Of a stretch of DNA of 64,000 bases, positions 1 to 10,204 are shown piece after piece (the stretch's first letter is position 1; every line of letters begins with the position of its first letter). Below the pieces are notes generated by a model. The model was not told the DNA's origin. It did not search any database and saw only the letters and a program-made list of their open reading frames with translations. Origin of the DNA: an uncultured delta proteobacterium (GTDB taxonomy: Bacteria > Desulfobacterota > Desulfobacteria > Desulfobacterales > QNYZ01); NCBI GenBank assembly GCA_963845145.1, contig CAWJQU010000001.1, forward strand, positions 32,001 through 96,000, read 5' to 3'. Both the position numbers and the translations under genes were made by a program.

Positions 1-1
1 T

Positions 2-379
2 ATTTTGTATGTTGATGATGAACCATCGATAGCAAAATTGGGCAAGCGCCGTTTAGAAAATCTTGGGTACACTGTTGAGTCAACAACTGATCCATTAGAA
101 GCATTGGAGATGGTAAAAACAGATATAGATAAATTTGATCTGGTTATTTCAGATATGGCTATGCCGAAAATGACTGGAGACAAGTTGGCCATTGAGCTTA
201 TGAAAATCAGACCGGATATTCCGTTCATTTTATGCACAGGATATAGCAAGACCATGTCAGAGGACTCGTCTTCAGAAATTGGAATTAAAGCGTTCGCCTA
301 CAAGCCAATTGTAAAAGCTGATTTGGCAAAAACGGTCAGGGAAGTGCTGGATCAGGTCAATGGTAAAACTCAACAATGA
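2..379 (+). CDS. C-terminal receiver domain of a hybrid histidine kinase/response regulator (5'-truncated by window edge)
   Basis: VDDE, DLVISDMAMPKMTG and KP receiver motifs; frame open at the window start; closely resembles the C-terminus of the 8466-10193 kinase. Confidence 0.85.
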   Translation: MLYVDDEPSIAKLGKRRLENLGYTVESTTDPLEALEMVKTDIDKFDLVISDMAMPKMTGDKLAIELMKIRPDIPFILCTGYSKTMSEDSSSEIGIKAFAYKPIVKADLAKTVREVLDQVNGKTQQ

Positions 380-480
380 AGGGGCACTGTTAAAAAAACG
401 TAAATATTTATAACCGTATCTTGAACTGTTATACTGGATTTATTCCAAACCTTCGTGATGGGTGCCGACTGTAAATACGA

Positions 481-495
481 TGGCATACTATTTGC
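481..495 (+). promoter_or_regulatory. sigma54 (-24/-12) promoter candidate
   Basis: TGGCATACTATTTGC = GG-N10-GC, upstream of the kinase starting at 610. Confidence 0.55.
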
Positions 496-609
496 GAAGT
501 TATATCAGTTTGGGTTATCATTCACCGCATATTACCATCTAATCACCTGCATATAAATGATGACCGAAGATTTACCGTCTTTCAATCGGATAAGTGGGTT
601 TAGCGCGTT

Positions 610-1984
610 ATGAGTAAAAAGGAAGCATTTAGCCTGGTCAACGAAATGATTGAGAAAATTGGCGATTATTTCAGTCCCAGAGATTCTAGCCCGGAAGAAA
701 GATCGAGACGGGCCTTAACGGGCTTTCTGGTGATCGCCACCGCTCCTACATTATTATTGTTTTCAGTTCCCCATTTTGTCCGGTCGGAATATCTTTTCGG
801 CATTTTATTACTTCTTGGATCGGTGGCGGCTGTTGGTAGTTTGGTCATTTTAAGAAATGTTGAAAATGTTGTGATTTACCGCATGCTCAACATTGGATTC
901 ATCGGTGTTCTTTTCCTTTATTTACTCAGCGCAAGCTCTCCTCGTGGAGATATGGCTCTATGGCTGTATGTATTCCCCCTGATCTCTTTTTTTTTGTTGG
1001 GACGGCACAATGGTCTTTATTTCAGTGGTATATTTTATCTTTGCGTTCTCCTTTATTTAGTGTTCCAGGAGCAACTTACAGTGTCAACGCCCTATGAGAC
1101 CAGTTTTAAGACGAGATTTCTTTTTTCTCTATTGCTGGTCAATTTTCTCACCTATTTTTTCGAATTAATTCGTTATAAATATCAAGAAGGGAATGATTCG
1201 AGATCAAATCAAGTTGGCCGAAGCAAAAAAGGACGCCGAAAGAGCGAATGCGGCCAAAAGTGAATTCCTGGCCAATATGAGCCACGAGCTGCGCACCCCT
1301 TTGAATCATATCATCGGTTTTACCGAGCTGGTTGTTGATGGACATGCAGGTGAGTTGAACAAAACCCAGAAAGAGTATCTCAACGATGTCCATGAGAGCA
1401 GTTCTCATCTGTTATCCTTGATCAATGATATTCTCGATATATCCAAAGTGGAAGCGGGTAAACTGGAGCTGCAACCCTCAATTGTAGCTTTAAAGGAGCT
1501 TTTAGAAAACAGCCTGGTCATGGTTCAGGAAAAGGCGTCAAAAAATAGAATAAACCTGTCATGCGAGATCAATGGTATCCCTGAAACCATCAAGGCGGAT
1601 GAGCGCAAACTCAAGCAGGTCCAATATAATCTTCTCTTCAATGCGGTAAAGTTTACACCTGAAGGCGGCCATGTAAAGCTATCAGCGCGAGTTATAGATT
1701 TAGAGAAAGATTCTGATTTTGACCATCTGAAAACCGACTCCAACAATCAAAGTTGGGTTCATATCAGCGTCACTGACACGGGTATCGGTCTGTCGAAAGA
1801 GAACTTGGATCGCATATTTAATCCCTTTGAACAGGTAGAAAATTCAAAAAGCCGTAAATACCATGGCACCGGGCTGGGCCTCTCGTTAACGAAAACGCTT
1901 GTTGAACTACACGGGGGTAAGATCTGGGCAGAGAGCGAAGGGGAAGGAAGGGGTTGTAAATTCAATTATATTTTACCGTATTAA
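610..1984 (+). CDS. Membrane sensor histidine kinase, split by a frameshift near 1190
   Basis: ORF 610-1263 is multi-TM; ORF 1193-1984 has the H-box [13 protein letters not shown] and HATPase N/G boxes; the frames join at ...YQEG/MIRDQ in GGGAATG. Confidence 0.8.
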
Positions 1985-2397
1985 GGCCAAAAATAGACGA
2001 TTTTTAGATTATAGTCGTGTAAAATTCAACAAAACGAGGGTGGTCGGCCGCAGGTTTTGCGCTTTTTGGCAAAGCTGCCATTTGGCCAAAGCATGGTCTA
2101 TGGTTGATCGTTCGCACTCCCACGCCTCCACAATCTCTTCCTGAGTATAGCAGGCCAAATACATGCCGGGCACTCTCAATTGTCTTCGTCCACGCTTCAA
2201 CCTGTAACGGTGGGGATAATTTGGTTTGAGGGCGGGCTTGGGATTCGGTGGCGGGTAAAATACCGCCAATTGGTAACAAATTATCATAGACTTGCGCTGA
2301 CTCAATCCTCCTGTGACCATGTATCCGGCTAGTATCCCACCGCTCTTGCAATTCGTCCGCAAAGAGATACCATCTGTAGCCGCCGGACATAATACTT

Positions 2398-3846
2398 TCA
2401 GGCCACGAATTCGACAATTACCTGTTTTTTTTCGTCAAAATAGTCAATTAGGGTTTTGTAGCTCACCAGATCGATCCGAAGAGTGGCCCAGTGGATACCA
2501 TGAACCCAGGTAAGCTTGAGGTTGTCGTCGGGGGCATCTTCGATGGTGAACTGGCCCTCAAATGCCTGACAACTGCTCCTGAATTCCATGAGCCGCAATA
2601 AACGCCGTACCACTGGCTTCTGGATTTCGACGGCGATCTCGTCCAGGGTGTAGTTGTGACGATTGACGTCCCGCCCGTTTTTGGTCTGTTGAACCAGTTC
2701 AATGTCGTTTTCGCCAGCCAGCAGCCCCACATAGTAAACTTGGGGAATACCCGGTGTGAAAAACTGGATGGCACGAGCAGCGATATAAGAATCGTCGTTG
2801 CACGCCAGCGCAGAGTAATAGGTGCAATTCACCTGATAAATGTCCAGGTTCTCATATTCGGGACCGGAAAATATTTTACGGGTATTGGCACCCTTTTCAT
2901 CCAGACCATCCAGGGTCCGCTGAATTTCTTCCGGTGTCAACAGGTCCTGCACGTCCACCACACCAATGCCGTCATGGGTGTCCAGGGTAGTAATCTGTTT
3001 TCGGGGACAGATGGCCAGCCATTGTTTCAGTACCAGACTGGTGTGGTGGTACAGGGTGTGCAAAACCAGCATAGGTAGCGAGAAATCGTATGTCCAATAG
3101 CCGTGGGCGGATATCTTCTGATGATAGCTGTAGTGTTCGTGAACCTCCGGCAGAATATCAACGTCAAAGGGTGAGATAAAATCCTGAAGCCATTCTAGCA
3201 ATTGCCACACCTGGGGCTCAAGAAAAAAGCAGTTGGTGCCGAGCTTCACTGTGGAATAGGCAAAGGCATCCATGCGGATCATTTTGGCTGGGGTCCGTGA
3301 TAACTTGATCAGGTACCGACGCATCACTTCGCGGGTTTTGGGAGAGTCCCAGTCCAGATCGATCTGCTCATAGTCAAAGGTGCACCAGACTTTCTCCTTG
3401 GAACCATCGGCGCGCTGGATGACGGTATAGGGCGGCCGGGGTTTACGGGTGTAAACTTTGGCCAAATTCACTTCACTGATCTCACCGGTCGGGTTGAGTT
3501 TGTTGAAACTCAGGAACATGTCGGCGAATTCGGAGTCCGGTCCCTTTTCGAAATAGTCTTGAAAATATACGGAAAGCCTGGAAATGTGGTTGACCATGAA
3601 ATCGATGACCAGGTCGAATTCCTGCCCGATAAGGTCGATATCCCTCCAAGTACCGAAGGCCGGATCCACTTCATCATAGGTCAATGGCGAAAATCCACGG
3701 TCCGCGGAAGAGGGGTAGAACGGCAGCAGGTGGACACCGCCTATGGCCTTGCTCAAATGCCGGCGCAGCACATAATGCAGTTCGATGAGATCGCCACCCA
3801 GACTGTCCGGGTAGACAATCAGCTGGACTTGGTTTTTAAGTGTCAT
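2398..3846 (-). CDS. gtfA: Sucrose phosphorylase (GH13_18)
   Basis: NQVQLIVYPDSLGG, RMDAF nucleophile, LPEVH, LDTHDGIG and the NLDIYQ loop typical of sucrose phosphorylases. Confidence 0.85.
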   Translation of the reverse strand: MTLKNQVQLIVYPDSLGGDLIELHYVLRRHLSKAIGGVHLLPFYPSSADRGFSPLTYDEVDPAFGTWRDIDLIGQEFDLVIDFMVNHISRLSVYFQDYFEKGPDSEFADMFLSFNKLNPTGEISEVNLAKVYTRKPRPPYTVIQRADGSKEKVWCTFDYEQIDLDWDSPKTREVMRRYLIKLSRTPAKMIRMDAFAYSTVKLGTNCFFLEPQVWQLLEWLQDFISPFDVDILPEVHEHYSYHQKISAHGYWTYDFSLPMLVLHTLYHHTSLVLKQWLAICPRKQITTLDTHDGIGVVDVQDLLTPEEIQRTLDGLDEKGANTRKIFSGPEYENLDIYQVNCTYYSALACNDDSYIAARAIQFFTPGIPQVYYVGLLAGENDIELVQQTKNGRDVNRHNYTLDEIAVEIQKPVVRRLLRLMEFRSSCQAFEGQFTIEDAPDDNLKLTWVHGIHWATLRIDLVSYKTLIDYFDEKKQVIVEFVA

Positions 3847-3849
3847 GGC

Positions 3850-6039
3850 TTAACCTCCATTCGCCTTGGCGGGAAAGCGGTAATGTTGCATCCCCTCAAT
3901 GATTCCCCCGGCGTATTCGCTATCAGCAAAATAGACATTCCGACTGCCCTTCAGATCCGCCAGTTCATGGCTGTAGTTGGCCACCACCACGGCTCTGGGT
4001 TCTCCACGCAGCATCTCCTCATCATTTCCCGAATCACCGCACACCAAAAAATTCTTCAAAGGGATTTCCCATTTGTAGCTCAGATATCGAATGGCCTTTC
4101 CCTTTGAAGACCGGTAAGGCAGGATGTCAAGGTAGCGATCGTGGGAGTAGATCAGGTTGTACCTGCAACGATGGTGCAGCAGGCGATCATGGATGGTGGA
4201 TAGGCGATCTTTGGCCGGATCCATATAGTAGCTAACCTTGAGGCGATGCTGGGTTTCTTCTTCCTGGTATTCCAGAAAATCAAAGTCTTTCAGCAGTTCG
4301 ACGATTTTAGCCCTGTTCCATCGGCTGGCAATGTGGCTTGCCCATCCCGGACTGGGCGTGCTGCTCTTCCCATAGAAAAGGGTGCTGCCTACCGAACAGA
4401 TGATTACGTCCGGGTCAGGGATCCGGTACTTTTTGAGAATCGTTCTCGCAGAATCGGCGGTCCTTCCGGTGGCCACTCCGAACCCCAAGTGCTTGCTGTT
4501 CTGATTCAGCATTTGCACCAACTTTTCCAACTGGCTGTTGTCGCTGCCAATCAGCGTATTGTCGATATCGGTGATCATGAAATGGTTAAGCTTCATCAGC
4601 CTTCGGCCAAAGGAATCCGTGGGTTTGGCGGTGGCAAGCGTGGATCGTTGATTGGCGGCGGTCAGCTTGCGCATAGCGCTGGCATATTCACGGGCATGGC
4701 TTTGCCAGGTGTAGTGCTTGCGCACATTCATGATCCCGTTTTTCGAGTAGCGTTCCCACAAATCTTTATCGGCGATAATTTTGCGGAGTGCGGACGTTAT
4801 CTGCTTCCTATGGGCCACATTCACCAGAATACCGTTTTTGCAGTTGCGGACGATGTCGTTGGGTCCACCGTCATCGGTGGCCACAATGGGTAGTCCGGTT
4901 GCGGACGCTTCCAACAGGGTCAGGCCAAACGGCTCCGTAAGCGCCGGGTTAACGAATACCCCTCTTCGCTCAGCGGCAATCCGATAAAGGGCCGGCACTT
5001 CGTATTCGAAATTGTGTTTCTTGGGGATAGCCATCTTGCCGTACAGGTCGTATTTGTCCATTGCCAGGAGCATCTCGGTGAGGACTTCGCGTTCGTTGTC
5101 CGCCATGGCATCGATATCTTTTCGTAGCCCGGCAAAAACGGCCAGATTGGCCATGCTCTGCAGTTCGAGATCTTCACCATAGGCCCGTACCAGCCCGGAA
5201 ATATTTTTGCGTTTATCCGGGCGGCTCAGGGCCAGGATCAACGGTTTTTCCGGGTTCATGAAGAAACGGTTCAATTCATTGAGCATAGAGGCCTGGGCAT
5301 ATCGGGCTGTCTCCGACCGTTCACTATCGTCATGCATATCATGATAAAACGGATAAAACGTGTCGATGCCGATGCCGGGTGGGATAACTTGATATTCGGG
5401 GATATCCTTGTTGTGGTAAAGGCCGTACTGCTCCTCGATTTCATGCCGGGTGCTGGTGACCACCCGGTCCGCCCGGGCCACGATGTGTTCTTCCGCCTCG
5501 ATGCGACGGTCGATCTTGAATTTCTTGATAATTTCTGCCTCGCTCATCCCCTGGTCCAGGAGCCGGGCCAATTTGGCACGGCCAAGGGAGTGGCCGGTAT
5601 ATACGAAAGGCAGACCGAAGATTTCTGCAAGCTGCGTGGCCACATAGCCGGCATCGGGATAATGACCATGGACGATGTCCGGCATGGACTGGTTGCGCTT
5701 GATGAACTTGATCGTCTTGTCCACATACTCGTCGAGATGGGGCCAGAGCAGCTCTTTGCGCATATATTTGCGTCCCCCGCATTGAATGCGAATGATGCGA
5801 AACTTGTCGTTGACGACCTCAAGGGGTTCGCTGTAATCAGAAGAGACCCGTTTGTCGGCAATCAGGCGGGTAAATAGATCCACCTTGCCGATATCCTCTC
5901 GGGCACTCAGAGCCGTCCCCAATTCCAAGACATATTTTACCTGTCCACCGGTATCCGCATCCCTGCCCATCTCCAGATTTTTCGATCGAATCAGCCCATG
6001 CAGGCTGAACAACTGGACGTATGGCCTATCAACGGCCAT
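3850..6039 (-). CDS. sps: Sucrose-phosphate synthase fused to a HAD-IIB phosphatase domain (SPS-SPP)
   Basis: GRDADTGGQVKYV, HGHYPDAG, EPFGLTLLEA GT4 motifs; C-terminal TDIDNTL and GDSGND HAD motifs. Confidence 0.88.
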   Translation of the reverse strand: MAVDRPYVQLFSLHGLIRSKNLEMGRDADTGGQVKYVLELGTALSAREDIGKVDLFTRLIADKRVSSDYSEPLEVVNDKFRIIRIQCGGRKYMRKELLWPHLDEYVDKTIKFIKRNQSMPDIVHGHYPDAGYVATQLAEIFGLPFVYTGHSLGRAKLARLLDQGMSEAEIIKKFKIDRRIEAEEHIVARADRVVTSTRHEIEEQYGLYHNKDIPEYQVIPPGIGIDTFYPFYHDMHDDSERSETARYAQASMLNELNRFFMNPEKPLILALSRPDKRKNISGLVRAYGEDLELQSMANLAVFAGLRKDIDAMADNEREVLTEMLLAMDKYDLYGKMAIPKKHNFEYEVPALYRIAAERRGVFVNPALTEPFGLTLLEASATGLPIVATDDGGPNDIVRNCKNGILVNVAHRKQITSALRKIIADKDLWERYSKNGIMNVRKHYTWQSHAREYASAMRKLTAANQRSTLATAKPTDSFGRRLMKLNHFMITDIDNTLIGSDNSQLEKLVQMLNQNSKHLGFGVATGRTADSARTILKKYRIPDPDVIICSVGSTLFYGKSSTPSPGWASHIASRWNRAKIVELLKDFDFLEYQEEETQHRLKVSYYMDPAKDRLSTIHDRLLHHRCRYNLIYSHDRYLDILPYRSSKGKAIRYLSYKWEIPLKNFLVCGDSGNDEEMLRGEPRAVVVANYSHELADLKGSRNVYFADSEYAGGIIEGMQHYRFPAKANGG

Positions 6040-6934
6040 TGGGACCTCCTTTCATTAGCGGTCGGAAATCATAGTAAAAATTTTCATTATCAGGCACCGC
6101 ACCGCCAATGCCGCATATTCGTGCTGCAAACCGGGATGCCTGACTGAGGGTCTCATCCCAGGGAACCTGTTGCATGCAGCCAGCAGCCAGGATGGCAGCA
6201 TATCCGTCACCGGCGCCGACCGTATCGACAATGGGGATTCCCGCCGCGGCCGGGATGTTGATTTGTACATCGCGGCTATAAAAAGAGCTTCCCCGGCTGC
6301 CTCGGGTCAGTGCCACGGCGCTGATCTTGAATGTTTCCATCAGCCAAGGCATGACATCGCCTGTTGCGGCCGGGCCATCAAACCTGAGTTGGATGTCGGC
6401 GAGCTCCGCTTCGTTGACTTTAAGCAGGTCCGCGTGTTTAAGCGAACCCGCCACAGAGTGGGCATTGACATGGGGCGGCCGCATATTGATGTCACAAAAG
6501 CACATGGTACTTTCAGCTTTTCGGGAAAGAAAATCTTGAACCTGACGGCAGCCGAAATCGGTTCGCTGTAACAGGCTGCCGAAATAGATCATTTCAGCAA
6601 CACCCGCATTTAGTACGTCAGAAGTGTTAATATCAAAATGGTCGTAAGCCACATTCTGGCAGATATCAAAATTAGGAATGCCCTGCTCATTTAAATCCAC
6701 GTGAACCGTTCCCGTGGGCCGCAGGGAATCTATCTGGACGTCGGCTTCACTAAAGCCATTTTTTTTCAATATGTCGATGGCGCGCCTCCCGTGGTGATCA
6801 TTCCCCACACGGGTGAAAAAACGCACTGGAAACCCCAGCTGGTTGAGGTGAAAGGCAAAGTTGAACGGCGCACCTCCGATCCGCTGGTAATCCGGAAAGA
6901 TGTCGATGAGAATCTCACCGATGACAATAATCAC
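6029..6934 (-). CDS. PfkB-family carbohydrate kinase (probable fructokinase)
   Basis: GGAPFNFA and DTVGAGDGY PfkB signatures; overlaps the sps start. Confidence 0.85.
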   Translation of the reverse strand: MIIVIGEILIDIFPDYQRIGGAPFNFAFHLNQLGFPVRFFTRVGNDHHGRRAIDILKKNGFSEADVQIDSLRPTGTVHVDLNEQGIPNFDICQNVAYDHFDINTSDVLNAGVAEMIYFGSLLQRTDFGCRQVQDFLSRKAESTMCFCDINMRPPHVNAHSVAGSLKHADLLKVNEAELADIQLRFDGPAATGDVMPWLMETFKISAVALTRGSRGSSFYSRDVQINIPAAAGIPIVDTVGAGDGYAAILAAGCMQQVPWDETLSQASRFAARICGIGGAVPDNENFYYDFRPLMKGGPNGR

Positions 6935-7378
6935 GTGATTCTCCTAAAATTATTAAATGTGTAATGAAACTACCGACGGGCTAAAAACAGATGATAAGAT
7001 CTCTTCTGTGGATTGGGCGATAGTTGATCGCGCTTGCCGATCTATGTTCCTATATTATGCCTTATCGAACGGATTTATGCAAATTAAGGGCTGTGAGGGA
7101 GATGGTACGATCTATATCCTTTCCCGTGACATTACAATCGGGCCAAGTTATAGACGAAAGACGATAGCGGGGCGCTAATCATGGTGAAGGAAAGCCATCC
7201 GACCAAAAATGATTAGATTTATGCATTTAGCTTTGCATATCCAAATCGAACCACAAGAATTGCAGAACCAGTGATATCATAATCAAACGGATTCGGCTGA
7301 AGCGGTGATATATTTTGGTTCTACCCGCATGTGTTTTATTGAAGCTGAAAATTATATAATTATCAATCATAACACCCA

Positions 7379-8200
7379 TTATCCTATCACTTCTGAAGCC
7401 CTGACCAGCATATTCTTGAAATCATTTTGGGTCGATGTGAAACGAGCTATTGCCCGAGCTGTTTCGGGGAATGGATGCCCTATACCGATGGCATGTCCGT
7501 ATTTTCGGGCGCAACCAAGAAGCAAATAGAGCTGTGAAAGAATATAGGACTCATCTGGACGGTTATCCAGAAACACATTCCTGTATCCAGAAACGATATG
7601 CCTTTTTTTGGCGATCTCGTATGCCACAGAACCAAACGAGGTAAGGCTGTCAATAAAGAACAGCCCGTTTTCCTTCACCACCCTCAGTGCATTGCTAATA
7701 CCCTCCCGGTCTGCAGTGAATCTTGATCCCATATGGTTGTTTACCCCGGCAGCATAAGGAATATTTGAGATGTTCTCCTCCATTATATCGGTTATCCGCT
7801 GGGGCGCATCTTTGACATACAATGTCCCGGGACCAGGGTCTAACCGCCCGTTATAGGGTTCCATGGGTTGATGTACCATAACCTCATGCCCACGAGCATG
7901 GATTTCATTAGCTAGGTCAGGACTGTTTTTCAGCCTGGGTAAAATGGAAAAAGTAATGGGCAGGTCCAGGTTCAGAAACTGCCGGGTCCGAGAATAGCTG
8001 TAGCCAATATCATCAATGATGAGTGCGATGCGGTATTTGTGGTTAATACGGTATCTTGGGTGAATGCGATATCGATATCTTGAGTGGTTGATATTCTCAG
8101 AAATGCCGGGAGATTTAAAAGCCCTTGAAACGCCGTTTAAACCGAAAAGGCTTCCGGCAAGCAAAGATACGCTACTCGACAAAAACGTCCTTCTGTCCAT
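7379..8200 (-). CDS. Divergent polysaccharide deacetylase family protein with Tat signal
   Basis: MDRRTFL Tat motif; IALIIDDIG, HQPMEP, NNHMGS, FIDSLT, RNVFLD, IGIGHP motifs. Confidence 0.85.
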   Translation of the reverse strand: MDRRTFLSSSVSLLAGSLFGLNGVSRAFKSPGISENINHSRYRYRIHPRYRINHKYRIALIIDDIGYSYSRTRQFLNLDLPITFSILPRLKNSPDLANEIHARGHEVMVHQPMEPYNGRLDPGPGTLYVKDAPQRITDIMEENISNIPYAAGVNNHMGSRFTADREGISNALRVVKENGLFFIDSLTSFGSVAYEIAKKRHIVSGYRNVFLDNRPDESYILSQLYLLLGCARKYGHAIGIGHPFPETARAIARFTSTQNDFKNMLVRASEVIG

Positions 8201-8306
8201 ACTCCCCCTGCTCCACCTCTTGATAAGCCGGTTGTTTTCAGTGCGTGCTTCGCAGCCGGCCTGGCTTTATCTTGGAAGTGATATTTAAATTACGGAAGTA
8301 AGTTTG

Positions 8307-8322
8307 AGCAAGAGTCGTGCCG
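8307..8322 (-). promoter_or_regulatory. sigma54 promoter candidate
   Basis: Minus strand CGGCACGACTCTTGCT = GG-N10-GC, about 110 bp upstream of the deacetylase start. Confidence 0.6.
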
Positions 8323-8465
8323 AATTGATTATTGCAGTAATAACTTAATGTTAGCTAATTTTCATGCATGATAGAACAATAAATTGTGGAATATATACCA
8401 TAATTATCATAACATTTTTTTACTAATTGAAATTTTAGAAATACGCCTAAATGGGATATTTATAC

Positions 8466-10193
8466 TTAAGCAGGGCTTTTGGCTTCATCAAGAACTTTTT
8501 GGACGGTTCTTGCCAATTCCGCTCTACTAAAAGGTTTGTACACGATTGCACTGATTCCGATTTCTAAAAACAATTTTTCTGACATTTCTTTACCATACCC
8601 TGTGCAAATAATGACGGGTAAGTCGGGCCTGATTTTTATCAGCTCAAAAGCTAGCTTATCGCCGGTCATTTTTGGCATGGTCATGTCCGTAATGACTAAG
8701 TCAAACGTACTTGGCGCGACACGAAAAGTCTCCAGCGCCTCATGACTGCTGGTACTCGTGGTAACCTTATAACCAAGTTTCTCAAGTGTCATTCTGTTCA
8801 GTTTTACAATGGGTATTTCGTCGTCAATGATTAAGATATGCTTTTTGCCCTTCGGCAGCACATCCTGAGATATGCTGCCCGGCGTAAATTCATAATTTTC
8901 AAGCATAGGGAAAAATACGGTAAAGGTCGTGCCCTTTTGCCGTTGAGACATCACCAAGATTTGCCCTTTGTGTGCCTTTACGATCCCTTCAACCACTGCA
9001 AGTCCCAATCCGGATCCCTTGTCAGGTCCTTTGGTTGTAAAATAGGGTTCAAAAATTCGTTCGATATTTTCAGGGGAAATACCTTGACCCGTGTCGTTGA
9101 CACTAAGTTTGACATACTTTCCAGGCGGAAGGTTCGAGACGTTCTTTGCTTTACCATCAAGGGTAATGGTGTCTATGCCAATCGTCAGCTTCCCATCTTC
9201 GTTTTCCATCGCATGTGCAGCGTTGGTGCACAAATTAAGGATGATCTGATTGATTTGCGTTTCGTCTCCCATCATATAAGGGTCCACTGTCGAGCTTATA
9301 TCTAAATCTATTTCAATATTAGCAGGTATCGTCGACCTTAGCAGCCTTCTTGTTTCTTCGACCAATGCACCGATCCGTATTGGCACTAATTTTTGAGGCG
9401 CCTTGCGTCCGAAAGTAAGAATCTGCTGGACCAGAAGCGTTGCTCTTTTACCCCCGATCAGAACTTCTTCCAAATGATCTGCCAAATTGCTTCCTTTTTC
9501 CGCATCACAGAGTGCAAGCTCGGTAAAGCCGAGAACCGCCGCCAGAATATTATTAAAATCGTGCGCAATGCCACCGGCCAGTGTGCCGATGGCCTCCAGT
9601 TTATGGGCTTGCCGAATCTGATTTTCAAGATCCTTCTGTTCGGTGATATCGCTGACCACTGACCTGATCTGCTTGAAATCGTCACCTTTGTTGGTGATGG
9701 CCATACATTCCAAACGGGCATAAAACTCATGCCCTTCCTTTTTCACAAGCCGCAGTTCACATATTTGGGGCTCCTCTGTCTCCATAAACCGCTGTCGATG
9801 TTTATAGTAAATATCCTGGTCATCTTTCAGGATAAAGTGAGTGAAAGGCTTTCCGATCAAGGCACTCCGCTCTGTTCCTAAAATTGAGGCAATGGTGAGG
9901 TTGGCCTCTGTTATGATCCCCTTTTCGGTTCCTGTAAAATATCCTACCGGTGCAAAATCATAAAGATGAGAATAGCGATCCCGTGCCTGTTCAAGCTCAC
10001 CTTGAATGCGCCGGAGCTCTTCGTTTTGCATTTTCAGCTCAATCTGGTGTACGCGAAGCTCATGGATCAGGGACGTCTTCTCTTCGGAAGACATCCCCGA
10101 AAGATCATCATGGTCATCGGGCGTATCTTCCAACGCCTTTTCGGCAAGCCGCCTTAGTTTCAGACTGCCCACTGATATTTTTTCTTTCTCCAT
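8466..10193 (-). CDS. PAS-domain hybrid histidine kinase (PAS-HisKA-HATPase-REC)
   Basis: HELRVHQIELKMQNEEL coiled coil, PAS, GGIAHDFNN, G-boxes, C-terminal receiver. Confidence 0.9.
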   Translation of the reverse strand: MEKEKISVGSLKLRRLAEKALEDTPDDHDDLSGMSSEEKTSLIHELRVHQIELKMQNEELRRIQGELEQARDRYSHLYDFAPVGYFTGTEKGIITEANLTIASILGTERSALIGKPFTHFILKDDQDIYYKHRQRFMETEEPQICELRLVKKEGHEFYARLECMAITNKGDDFKQIRSVVSDITEQKDLENQIRQAHKLEAIGTLAGGIAHDFNNILAAVLGFTELALCDAEKGSNLADHLEEVLIGGKRATLLVQQILTFGRKAPQKLVPIRIGALVEETRRLLRSTIPANIEIDLDISSTVDPYMMGDETQINQIILNLCTNAAHAMENEDGKLTIGIDTITLDGKAKNVSNLPPGKYVKLSVNDTGQGISPENIERIFEPYFTTKGPDKGSGLGLAVVEGIVKAHKGQILVMSQRQKGTTFTVFFPMLENYEFTPGSISQDVLPKGKKHILIIDDEIPIVKLNRMTLEKLGYKVTTSTSSHEALETFRVAPSTFDLVITDMTMPKMTGDKLAFELIKIRPDLPVIICTGYGKEMSEKLFLEIGISAIVYKPFSRAELARTVQKVLDEAKSPA

Positions 10194-10204
10194 TTCCGGC
10201 TCCT

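Noticed and set aside
2463..6964. Many long overlapping ORFs in the sucrose cluster and other GC-rich genes
   Set aside because: Alternative-frame shadows of well-supported genes, with no motifs
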